Shown: positions 20,843-30,499 of the stretch, one piece after another
How positions within the stretch are numbered: position 1 is the stretch's first letter
How the letters are laid out: every line of letters starts with the position of its first letter
Position numbers and translations under genes: made by a program
Assembly (NCBI GenBank): GCA_963744145.1
Contig: CAVUSO010000001.1
Coordinates: forward strand, 224,001 to 288,000
From: an uncultured cyanobacterium
GTDB taxonomy: Bacteria; Cyanobacteriota; Cyanobacteriia; Cyanobacteriales; CAWUOF01
Reading direction: 5' to 3'
Length of the DNA: 64,000 nucleotides
Notes under the pieces: model-generated
Databases searched by the model: none
What the model was told of the DNA's origin: nothing
Seen by the model: only the letters and a program-made list of their open reading frames with translations

Positions 20843-22573
20843 ATGATGATAGCGATGACAGAACGAGTTCAACGTAGACTCACAACACAGACTGAGGAAA
20901 TCGCGACCGACACTACAGCAATTCGTACACTAGATTGGGATCGCGATCGCTTTGACATCGAATTTGGGTTGCAAAATGGCACTACCTATAATTCTTTTTT
21001 GATTCGAGGTGAGAAAACTGCATTAGTTGATACCTCCCATGAAAAATTTCGTCAACTCTATCTAGATATTCTCACTGGTTTAATTAACCCAACGGACATC
21101 GATTACATCATTATCAGTCATACCGAACCAGATCATAGTGGTTTGGTGAAAGATGTCCTCCAATTAGCACCTGAAGCAACTGTAGTTGGGTCTAAAATAG
21201 CGATTCAATTTTTAGAAAATTTAACCCATCACGAATTTAAACGTCAGCTCGTTAAAAGTGGTGACCAATTAGATTTGGGTAATGGTCACTTATTAGAATT
21301 TGTATCTGCTCCTAATCTCCATTGGCCTGATACAATTTTTACTTATGATCCCAAAACCCAAACCCTATTTACTTGTGATGCGTTTGGAATGCACTACTGT
21401 GGAGACGATATCTATGATGAAGACTTAGGAGCGATCGAGGAAGATTATCATTTTTATTATGAGTGCTTAATGGCTCCCAATGCTCGGTCTGTCTTAAGTG
21501 CAATGAAACGGATGGAAGAATTGGGAGAAATTACGACGATCGCTACGGGTCATGGTCCGCTGCTGCGTCACAATCTGCTCGAACTAACCGGACGCTATAA
21601 AAAATGGAGTCAAGCCCAAACTAAAGCCGAAACTACAGTAGCAGTATTTTATGTGTCTGATTATGGCTATAGCGATCGCCTGAGTCAAGCGATCGCTCAT
21701 GGGGTGACGAAAACTGGTGTAGCAGTAGAAATGATGGATTTACGCACTGCTGAACCCCAAGAAGCAAGAGAATTAGTCCAAATGGCTGCTGGTTTAGTAA
21801 TTTGTGTCCCACCCATTACCGGGACTATCGGTGCTAGTTCTGAAGCAGCAATCAACACAATTTTAGCAACAGTTAATAGTAAACAAACCATCGGTTTGTG
21901 TGAATCTGGAGGTGGTGATGACTTATCTGTGTATCCACTACGCAACAAATTTAAAGAATTAGGATTAAAAGAAGCATTCCCAGCTATTTTGCTGAAAGAA
22001 CCTCCTACAGAAATCACCTATCAATTATGTGATGAAGCTGGGACTGACCTCGGTCAATGGTTGACCAAAGAGAAAACTGTTAAGCAAATGAAATCCCTAG
22101 ACAGTGAACTCGATAAAGCTTTAGGACGGGTGAGCGGTGGATTATATATTATCACTGCTAAAAAAGGGGATGTGAGTAGTGCTATGTTAGCTTCTTGGGT
22201 AGTCCAAGCCAGTTTTCAACCTTTAGGATTAACGATCGCTGTAGCGAAAGACCGTGCGATTGAATCGTTAATGCACATAGAAGATAAGTTTGTTTTAAAT
22301 GTCCTATCTGATAATAATTATCAAGCTCTGATGAAGCACTTCTTAAAGCGGTTTCCTCCCGGAGCCGATCGATTTGCGGATATCAAGACTCAACCAGCTA
22401 GCAATGGTTGTCCGATTTTAACTGATGCTTTAGCTTATTTAGAATGTGAAGTAGTGAGTCGGATGGAATTGACAGACCATCATATTGTTTACGCTCAAGT
22501 TGACACTGGACGAGTCAGCGATCCCAATGGAACACCCGCAGTTCACCATCGGAAAGTTGGTAATCACTACTAA
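20843..22573 (+). CDS. flv3: Flavodiiron protein, Flv3-type
   Basis: SHTEPDH diiron motif, flavodoxin and flavin-reductase domains, HHRKVGNHY end. Confidence 0.85.
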   Translation: MMIAMTERVQRRLTTQTEEIATDTTAIRTLDWDRDRFDIEFGLQNGTTYNSFLIRGEKTALVDTSHEKFRQLYLDILTGLINPTDIDYIIISHTEPDHSGLVKDVLQLAPEATVVGSKIAIQFLENLTHHEFKRQLVKSGDQLDLGNGHLLEFVSAPNLHWPDTIFTYDPKTQTLFTCDAFGMHYCGDDIYDEDLGAIEEDYHFYYECLMAPNARSVLSAMKRMEELGEITTIATGHGPLLRHNLLELTGRYKKWSQAQTKAETTVAVFYVSDYGYSDRLSQAIAHGVTKTGVAVEMMDLRTAEPQEARELVQMAAGLVICVPPITGTIGASSEAAINTILATVNSKQTIGLCESGGGDDLSVYPLRNKFKELGLKEAFPAILLKEPPTEITYQLCDEAGTDLGQWLTKEKTVKQMKSLDSELDKALGRVSGGLYIITAKKGDVSSAMLASWVVQASFQPLGLTIAVAKDRAIESLMHIEDKFVLNVLSDNNYQALMKHFLKRFPPGADRFADIKTQPASNGCPILTDALAYLECEVVSRMELTDHHIVYAQVDTGRVSDPNGTPAVHHRKVGNHY

Positions 22574-22589
22574 ATTAGGTACTTAACCA

Positions 22590-24317
22590 ATGTTAGAAAC
22601 TCAACAGAAACGGGATGTCCAAGTATTGAGGGTTGGTGCTGATACCACAGTCTTGCGATCGCGTACTTGGGATCGGCTCAAATTCGAGGTGGAATATTCA
22701 CTCCAAAAGGGCACTACAGCTAACAGTTATCTCATTACAGCAGATAAAATTGCCATCATCGATCCTCCTGGTGAATCTTTTACCGAGAATTATCTCACCA
22801 CCCTCAAAGAGCGGATTGATTTACACCAGATCAATTATCTGATTTTGGGACATTTTAATGCTAATCGCGGAGTCACCTTAAAAACGCTCTTAGAGTTAGC
22901 ACCCCAACTGAATTTTATTTGCTCAAAACCTGCTGAAATCTCTTTAAGAGCAGCGTTTCCTGACTACAATTTGTCAATTAATGTGATTCGAGGTGAAGAA
23001 ATTCTGGATTTAGGTAGGGGTCATCTATTACAATTTATCACTACCCCAACTCCTCGCTGGCCCGATGGTCTTTGTACTTATGACCCAGCTACAGGGATTA
23101 TCTATAGTGATAAATTTTATGGAGCTCATGTTTGTGGTGATCAAATATTTGATGAAGGTTGGGAAACCTACAGCGAAGACCGACGCTTTTATTATGATTG
23201 CTTACACGCATCCCAAACTAAACAAGTGCTAGCAGCATTGGACAAATTAGCCAATTTATCTCCAGCTAAGTTTTATGCTCCTGGTCATGGACCAATAGTC
23301 CGATATGGATTCACGGAACTGACCCATCTTTATCGTCACTGGAGTCAACAGCAAAATACTAAGGACTTGACAGTAGCGCTAGTTTATGCTTCAGCCTATG
23401 GGAATACCGCGACAATTGCTCAAGCTTTAGCGAAAGGGATTACCAAAGCAGGAGTAGCAGTAGAATTAATTAACTGTGAATCTGCTGAACCTGCGGAGAT
23501 TCAAACTGCGATCGAAAAATGTGATGGTTTTATTATTGGTTCTCCGACTCTAGCAGGACATACTCCGACCCAAGTTAATACAGCACTAGGAATTATTTTA
23601 TCTACTGCGGCTAAAAACAAACTAGCTGGAGTATTTGGATCTTATGGTTGGAGTGGAGAAGCAGTTGATTTCATTGAAAGTAAATTGCTTGATGCTGGTT
23701 ACAAAATGGGTTTTGAACCGATTCGGGTGAAATTTAAACCCAATGATCTCATCTTACAAGAGTGCAAAGAAATTGGTACGGACTTCGCCCAATCTTTGCG
23801 AAAGTCCCAAAAACTCCGCACACCTCGCTCTTCAGTTAATTCTACACAAGCCGATCGCACGGAACAAGCAGCAGGACGAATTGTCGGTCCTCTTTGTGTT
23901 GTCTCTGGGAAACGGGGAGATGTAACTAGTGCGATGTTAGCTTCTTGGGTATCCCAAGCGACTTTTAATCCCCCAGGAATTACCGTAGCAGTTGCTAAGG
24001 AGCGCAGTATTGAAGCACTGATGCACAAAGGGGATCAATTCGTTTTAAACATTTTGGCAGAAGGTAAACAGCTCCGCAAGCATTTTATGAAGACATTTAA
24101 TCCTGGGGAAGATCGTTTTGTTGGGTTAAACACCCAGGAATCTCAAAATGGTTGTCCAATTTTAATGGATGCTCTAGCTTATTTAGAATGTCAGGTAGAA
24201 ACCAGGATGGAATGTGGTGATCACTGGATAGTTTATGCGATCGTCAAGAATGGTCATTTGCTCCAATCAACTGGAGTAACAGCAGTTCACTATCGCAAAT
24301 CTGGTAGTCATTATTAA
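22590..24317 (+). CDS. flv1: Flavodiiron protein, Flv1-type
   Basis: RSRTWDRLKFEVEY; non-canonical iron ligands (GHFNANR); tandem with the Flv3-type gene. Confidence 0.8.
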   Translation: MLETQQKRDVQVLRVGADTTVLRSRTWDRLKFEVEYSLQKGTTANSYLITADKIAIIDPPGESFTENYLTTLKERIDLHQINYLILGHFNANRGVTLKTLLELAPQLNFICSKPAEISLRAAFPDYNLSINVIRGEEILDLGRGHLLQFITTPTPRWPDGLCTYDPATGIIYSDKFYGAHVCGDQIFDEGWETYSEDRRFYYDCLHASQTKQVLAALDKLANLSPAKFYAPGHGPIVRYGFTELTHLYRHWSQQQNTKDLTVALVYASAYGNTATIAQALAKGITKAGVAVELINCESAEPAEIQTAIEKCDGFIIGSPTLAGHTPTQVNTALGIILSTAAKNKLAGVFGSYGWSGEAVDFIESKLLDAGYKMGFEPIRVKFKPNDLILQECKEIGTDFAQSLRKSQKLRTPRSSVNSTQADRTEQAAGRIVGPLCVVSGKRGDVTSAMLASWVSQATFNPPGITVAVAKERSIEALMHKGDQFVLNILAEGKQLRKHFMKTFNPGEDRFVGLNTQESQNGCPILMDALAYLECQVETRMECGDHWIVYAIVKNGHLLQSTGVTAVHYRKSGSHY

Positions 24318-24370
24318 CTAGATTAGGGGCGAATCTTGCGCCCCTAAATTAACACTATATTTTAATACAG

Positions 24371-24492
24371 TAGACTTCTTGCAAAAATAACTAGGACAGG
24401 CAAGATGCCTGTCCCACAACAAAAAAACTCTTGTGGGACAGGCATCTTGCCTGTCCAGTAAATTGATCACCACGACTTTTGCAAGAGGTCTA
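24371..24492. mobile_element. MITE-like element with internal REP-like palindrome pair
   Basis: Terminal inverted repeats TAGACTTCTTGCAAAA/TTTTGCAAGAGGTCTA; inner perfect pair GGACAGGCAAGATGCCTGTCCCACAA/TTGTGGGACAGGCATCTTGCCTGTCC. Confidence 0.75.
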
Positions 24493-24776
24493 GTTTAGTT
24501 AACTGAACGGAATTGGATTATAATATAATTAATACCAAATTATTTTCAAAATATTCCAGAGGTAGTAGATTATATTCAGATTAAGAAGTTTAGACCTACA
24601 TGACTTAATTATTTAAGTAATGATTGTGATTAGTCTATGATTAGTCTATGCTCTGATTGGCTGAATATAGCGATTAGCGATCGCTGTCCCAATCCGGTTG
24701 GAACATTTAATTTTTGTCCACGTCTAACTAATCACAGCCCAATCAATTTGTTATCCTGTACAATCTACCCTTTTTT

Positions 24777-26030
24777 ATGATGTTTAAAAATTACTGGCGC
24801 ACTGGAACTGCTACTTTTGCAGCTTTGGGAATCATTGCTGGGGCTGCGACACCTATTATTGCACCTGCACCTGCTTTTGCTCAAACCTCTTTTTCTGATG
24901 TTTCCTCTGGCTATTGGGCCCAAGGATTTATTCAAGCTCTAGCAGCACGTAACATTATTGCTGGTTTTCCCGATGGTACTTTTAAACCTGATGCTCCGGT
25001 AACTAGGGCCCAGTTTGCCGCGATCGTTAATAAAGCTTTTCAACAATCCCAAATTCGTAGTGCGATCAACTTTAATGATGTAGCAAGTAGCTATTGGGCT
25101 TATAGCGCCATTAATAATGCTTATCAAATGGCATTTATGAGCGGATATCCGAATAATCTGTTTCAACCGGATCAAAATATTACTCGCGCTCAAGCTTTAG
25201 TAGCTTTGGCTAGTGGTTTAAATTATACCACTTCCACTCCAACTTCAAGTCTTTTACAGACTTACACTGATGCGGCTAATATTCCTAGTTATGCGACAGA
25301 TAAAATCGCTGCTGCTACTCAGAAACAGATTGTCGTTAACTATCCTAGTGTTAATAATCTAAATCCCACTCAAAATGCTACTCGTGCGGATGTAGCAGCT
25401 TTTGTTTACCAAGCATTGGTCAATAATGGCACTGTTCAAGCTATTTCTTCCCCCTATATTGTCGTCGCTCAAGGTACTCAATCCTTACCCCAACCTCAAC
25501 AAAACATAATTCCCGCTGGAACCACAATTCCTGTTAGCTATAGTAAGAGTCAAATTCTGGTTGCTCCCAATGAACCTAACCCCGTACCTGTAACTTTGAC
25601 AGTTGCTCAAAATCTGGTTTCTTCTCAAGGAACGGTACTAGTTCCATCGGGTTCTCAGGTAGTTGGTGAAATCCGTACAACATCCAACGGTGCTCAGTTT
25701 TTTGCGAAACAATTAGTGCTAGCTAATGGTCAACAACTAGCAATTAATGCTACTTCTGGTGTAGTTACCACCACTCAACAAGTTAACAAAGGTCTTGATG
25801 TGCTAGCACTGGTTAGAAATGCGGCAATTGGTGCAGGAGCAGCAGCGGTAATTGCTGGTGTGACTGGTAATAAATCTATTGCTACGGAAAAAGTCCTGCT
25901 TGGTGCTGGTGTGACTACCGTATTAAGTCTGCTTGGTGTTTTACCCGCTCAGGATAAAGCTACTTTAATCTCGATTAATCCTAATAATGATTTGACTCTG
26001 AAATTAAATTCTGATTTGGTGTTGAATTAG
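24777..26030 (+). CDS. S-layer homology (SLH) domain protein
   Basis: Signal peptide ending AFA; three SLH repeats (FSDV..YWA, GFPDGTFKP..VTRAQ, ATRAD). Confidence 0.9.
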   Translation: MMFKNYWRTGTATFAALGIIAGAATPIIAPAPAFAQTSFSDVSSGYWAQGFIQALAARNIIAGFPDGTFKPDAPVTRAQFAAIVNKAFQQSQIRSAINFNDVASSYWAYSAINNAYQMAFMSGYPNNLFQPDQNITRAQALVALASGLNYTTSTPTSSLLQTYTDAANIPSYATDKIAAATQKQIVVNYPSVNNLNPTQNATRADVAAFVYQALVNNGTVQAISSPYIVVAQGTQSLPQPQQNIIPAGTTIPVSYSKSQILVAPNEPNPVPVTLTVAQNLVSSQGTVLVPSGSQVVGEIRTTSNGAQFFAKQLVLANGQQLAINATSGVVTTTQQVNKGLDVLALVRNAAIGAGAAAVIAGVTGNKSIATEKVLLGAGVTTVLSLLGVLPAQDKATLISINPNNDLTLKLNSDLVLN

Positions 26031-26062
26031 TCGATCGCGACCTGGTTTAGTTAAGTAGTGCA

Positions 26063-26098
26063 TAGTTCATGGATGATTTCCCATCTTGCCATGAACTA
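26063..26098. terminator. Hairpin downstream of the SLH gene
   Basis: TAGTTCATGG/CCATGAACTA inverted repeat; no clear U-tract. Confidence 0.4.
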
Positions 26099-27694
26099 TA
26101 GCATCCTCGTAGGGGCAAAGCATTTCGGCGCATAAATGATTGCTGGAGCGAAAAATAATATTACCGAAATGCTTTGCCCTCGGTATCTATGCAACCAACA
26201 GATCAACTAGATATTACAATCCATTCAGTTAAGAATTTTTGGGGAGCGATCGGCACAGAATAAGAAGAAGGGCGAAGCATTCGGATCTAATATTGCTGGT
26301 TTGATTGCTCAATTATCGCCCGAATGCTTCGCTCCTACAGCCTATTGATCGGCAAGCGATCGCTGATTAAATACCAATCCAGTTCAGTTTCTTGTAGGGG
26401 CAAAGCATTTCGGCACATAAATGATGGCTGAAGCGAAGGATAATATTACCGAAATGCTTTGCCCTCACCATCTATGCAACCAACAGATCAACTAGATATT
26501 ACAATCCATTCAGTTAAGAATTTTTTGGGAACTCGGCGCAGAAGAAGGGCGAAGCATTCGGATCTAATATTGCGGCTTGATTGTTCAATTATCGCCCGAA
26601 TGCTTCGCCCCTACAACCTATTGATCGGCAAGCGATCGCTGATTAAATACCAATCCAGTTCAGTTCCTCGTAGGGGCAAAGCATTTCGGCGCATAAATGA
26701 TTGCTGAAGCGAAAAATAATATTACCGAAATGCTTTGCCCTCGGTATCTATGCAACCAACAGATCAACTAGATATTACAATCCATTCAGTTAAGAATTTT
26801 TGGGGAGCTCGGCGCAGAATAAGAAGAAGGGCGAAGCATTCGGATCTAATATTGCTGGTTTGATTGTTCAATTATCGCCCGAATGCTTCGCCCCTACAAC
26901 CTATTGATCGGCAAGCGATCGCTGATTAAATACCAATCCAGTTCAGTTACTTGTAGGGGCAAAGCATTTCGGCGCATAAATAATTGCTGAAGCGAAGAAT
27001 AATATTACCGAAATGCTTTGCCCTCACCATCTATGCAACCAACAGATTAACTGAATATTACAATACATTCAGTTAAGAATTTTTTGGGAAGCTGGCGCAG
27101 AAGAAGGGCGAAGCATTCGGATCTAATATTGCTGGTTTGATTGTTCAATTATCGCCCGAATGCTTCGCCCCTACAACCTATTGATCGGTAAGCGATCGCT
27201 GATTAAATACCAATCCAGTTCAGTTACTTGTAGGGGCAAAGCATTTCGGCGCATAAATAATTGCTGAAGCGAAGGATAATATTACCGAAATGCTTTGCCC
27301 TCACCATCTATGCAACCAACAGATCAACTAGATATTACAATCCATTCAGTTAAGAATTTTTGGGGAGCTCGGCGCAGAATAAGAAGAAGGGCGAAGCATT
27401 CGGATCTAATATTGCTGGTTTGATTGTTCAATTATCGCCCGAATGCTTCGCCCCTACAACCTATTGATCGGCAAGCGATCGCTGATTAAATACCAATCCA
27501 GTTCAGTTACTTGTAGGGGCAAAGCATTTGGGCGCATAAATGATGGCTGAAGCGAAGGATAATATTACCGAAATGCTTTGCCCTCACCATCTATGCAACC
27601 AACAGATTAACTGAATATTACAATACATTCAGTTAAGAATTTTTTGGGAGCTCGGCGCAGAAGAAGGGCGAAGCATTCGGATCTAATATTGCTG

Positions 27695-27718
27695 CCCTTC
27701 GACTACGCTCAGGGTAAA
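27695..27718 (+). mobile_element. 24-nt SDR-like element inserted in array unit 6
   Basis: Sister units read GCTG^GTTTG; this one has CCCTTCGACTACGCTCAGGGTAAA at the caret with no duplication. Confidence 0.9.
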
Positions 27719-28024
27719 GTTTGATTGTTCAATTATCGCCCGAATGCTTCGCCCCTACAACCTATTGATCGGTAAGCGATCGCTGATTAAATACCAATCC
27801 AGTTCAGTTACTTGTAGGGGCAAAGCATTTCGGCGCATAAATGATGGCTGAAGCGAAGGATAATATTACCGAAATGCTTTGCCCTCACCATCTATGCAAC
27901 CAACAGATCAACTAGATATTACAATCCATTCAGTTAAGAATTTTTGGGGAGCTCGGCGCAGAAGAAGGGCGAAGCATTCGGATCTAATATTGCGGCTTGA
28001 TTGCTCAATTATCGCCCGAATGCT

Positions 28025-28048
28025 ATGCCTCCGGCACGCTGTCGCGAA
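28025..28048 (+). mobile_element. Second, unrelated ~24-nt insertion in array unit 7
   Basis: ATGCCTCCGGCACGCTGTCGCGAA replaces one T of GCT-T-CGCCCC seen in sister units. Confidence 0.7.
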
Positions 28049-28210
28049 CGCCCCTACACCCTATTGATCGGCAAGCGATCGCACCGGAAGAGATAACAGT
28101 TAAATGCGATCGCTAATATACTATTTATTAAATTGGATTAATTTTGTGAATGGCGATCGCTGCGGACAATTAGGGACAAAGAATTATCTTTTATAATATA
28201 CTATTATTCT

Positions 28211-29347
28211 ATGAGTTTTGTTCCCCGCTTCTCATACAACCACAGTCTGGTTAGACATTTAGGACTCATCAAGGGTGCGCGGGCTGTCATTGAGGTGTTA
28301 CCGCTACCACCTGATACGACTCTGCGTCTGCGCCATGATGCTTTGCAAAGAAGTACGCGCAGCTCGACTCAAATTGAGGGTAATCCCTTAGATGAAGCGG
28401 CGGTGCGACGTGCGATCGCCAGGAGTGATCGCACGGGAAGTGATGCTGAACAGGAAGTACGCAATTATTGGCGGGCGCTTGACTACGTTGAGGAATTTGC
28501 CGAAGCCCAAACCCCGATTACAGAAGCATTTATCAAAGAACTGCACCGGATTGTCATCGTGCGCGGTCGCGGACGACGGGGTAGCAAAAGCGAATATCGC
28601 ATAACTGAATGTCCAGTGGTGGATACAGTCACGCGGGCGATCGATTACGCTCCACCTGAACCAGGGGATGTACCCGTTCTGATGCGGGAATTAGTCGATT
28701 GGCTATCTTCAACAACGGTAGGAGAATTGTCAGCCCCGATCCGTGCTGCTATCCTTACCCACCGCTTTCTCAGCATTCACCCATTTAATGATGGAAACGG
28801 TCGCACAGGGAGACTGATAGCTACTGCTGAACTCTGGCGTTCTGGCTACCGAATGCGAGGGTTTTTCTCGTTTGATGAGTATTTTAATGCCGATCGCGAT
28901 CGCTATTATCGCTCTTTGCAAATGGGACTACCAGTGAATTTCTATGAAGGTCGTCACGATCCTGACCACACACCCTGGCTGCTTTATTTTGTGGAGACGA
29001 TGGCCCGTGCAGCGGATGAACTACAAGCTCAAGCTAAGTCCCTTTATCAAGGCACTGCTCCTGATGCCCTACCCTGGGAAGAATTGCCACGTCGTTCTCA
29101 GCAACTCCTCACCAGACTGTTGGCAAGAGTTCTAGATCAAGTTGAAAATCCTTTTGTGATTGACGTTTCAGATGTTGCATCCTGGTTTGGTATTTCGGAC
29201 AAGACGGCTCGTGAATGGCTGCAAGAATGGACTGCTGGTGGTTTGATCGCTCCGGTTTTGGTGGGTTCTGGGGCAAGAGTCCGCAATTACACACTGGTGG
29301 AGGAGTGGATCTCGGCTTGTTTCAAAATAAGGGAATCAGTTTCGTAA
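28211..29347 (+). CDS. Fic family protein with C-terminal winged-helix-like region
   Basis: HPFNDGNGRTGR catalytic motif; SSTQIEGN inhibitory-type motif; visibly higher GC than flanks. Confidence 0.92.
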   Translation: MSFVPRFSYNHSLVRHLGLIKGARAVIEVLPLPPDTTLRLRHDALQRSTRSSTQIEGNPLDEAAVRRAIARSDRTGSDAEQEVRNYWRALDYVEEFAEAQTPITEAFIKELHRIVIVRGRGRRGSKSEYRITECPVVDTVTRAIDYAPPEPGDVPVLMRELVDWLSSTTVGELSAPIRAAILTHRFLSIHPFNDGNGRTGRLIATAELWRSGYRMRGFFSFDEYFNADRDRYYRSLQMGLPVNFYEGRHDPDHTPWLLYFVETMARAADELQAQAKSLYQGTAPDALPWEELPRRSQQLLTRLLARVLDQVENPFVIDVSDVASWFGISDKTAREWLQEWTAGGLIAPVLVGSGARVRNYTLVEEWISACFKIRESVS

Positions 29348-29638
29348 AATAGCGGAAGTGAATTTGGGGAAATTACCCCTTATTTTAGGGGGACGTTACG
29401 AATTTACAAGGGTTTCAGCTATTATGACTCCAAAAATAACGGAAGTAGGTGTGGAAAAATAACGCCTATTTAGTCGGTGGTTAGCAGTGCGATCGCCAAA
29501 TAAAATCGGCTCTCACAACCTAGCAAAAACTCAAGGGATTTAATCACTATATGTGATGGCTAAATTTCTATAACATAGGTATTATAAACATTAACCTACC
29601 AATTAACTACTTAATGAAAATTATGGGAAAAGCAGATT

Positions 29639-30346
29639 ATGGTTTCAACTCAAAATCTCCCACCATCAGATCGAGTCGATATTTCAGTGTTGTCTCAAAT
29701 TTTTGAGAATACTACCAACTCTTATAAATACCTTTTTTTCATGTCCCTGTTAGACATTATGAAAAGAAGACACTTTGAGCCTTTATTACCTATTCTTTTT
29801 AAAGAAATTATTGTAGAGATGCTGATCAATGCTTGGTATCCTCATAATTATTTTAATCTTTGTTTTGGGACACAAGATCAGATTGCTAATCAATTAGATG
29901 CTCTGAATTTAGTTATTAATGAGCCAATTTTAAGATTTAGAGATCCAGATAAAACAATTTTAAGAAAAATTATTCAAACTCAAAACCTTGACGATATAAT
30001 TACTGTTATAAGTAGGTACGTTCCTTTTCGTCTTATTCGTCCTTTTTTTGCTCAAGAAACTAAGAGATTGCTGGATGCTAAAGTTAATCAAACTGTCCTC
30101 GAACTTGCCAATTCTAAATTTGAAGTAACAAAACCCATCTATCGCTTTGATTCAGAATATCTAAAAGACTGTACAGCGATTATTTTACATGAAGATTGGG
30201 TAGAATATATGGCTCAAAATTATTCGATTCTCAGGTCGTGGACATCTTGGGAATGGCTTAAATATATGCAGCGTCGTAATCCAAATACTCCAGCGATCGC
30301 TGATAAGTTGTTTCCTCCAGCAAACAGAAACTCAGAAAATCATTAG
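29639..30346 (+). pseudogene. N-terminal part of an HNH-endonuclease-family protein, HNH domain absent
   Basis: TTNSYKYLF, RYVPFRLIRPFF and YMQRRNPNTPAIADKLFPP resemble the region that precedes an HNH domain in this family; the ORF stops right after. Confidence 0.55.
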
Positions 30347-30499
30347 CAAATCGGAGGTTCCTGGTATTGTTGGATGAGAAGCAGCTTGTCGCTTACGTCA
30401 GTTAGAAATGCTTTAAGATGAGACAGCGATCGGATCGCTTAAACTACCTCAACCAATTAAAATAAAGTTAGGTGAAGTTTTTTCCTTAGATAAAGTTTA

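Larger units (their letters stand above)
26109..28082. repeat. Tandem array of seven ~276-301 bp units, each with two REP-like hairpins and a HIP1 site
   Basis: Units start at GTAGGGGCAAAGCATTT at 26109, 26394, 26670, 26953, 27230, 27513, 27814; second hairpin GGGCGAAGCATTCGG...CCGAATGCTTCGCCC. Confidence 0.95.

Noticed and set aside
26459-28067. ORFs 26459-26707 and 27879-28067
   Set aside because: Chance frames within the non-coding repeat; sister units have stops or frameshifts
26109-28082. CRISPR array
   Set aside because: Sequences between the hairpins are near-identical rather than unique spacers, the period is ~280 nt, and no cas genes are present
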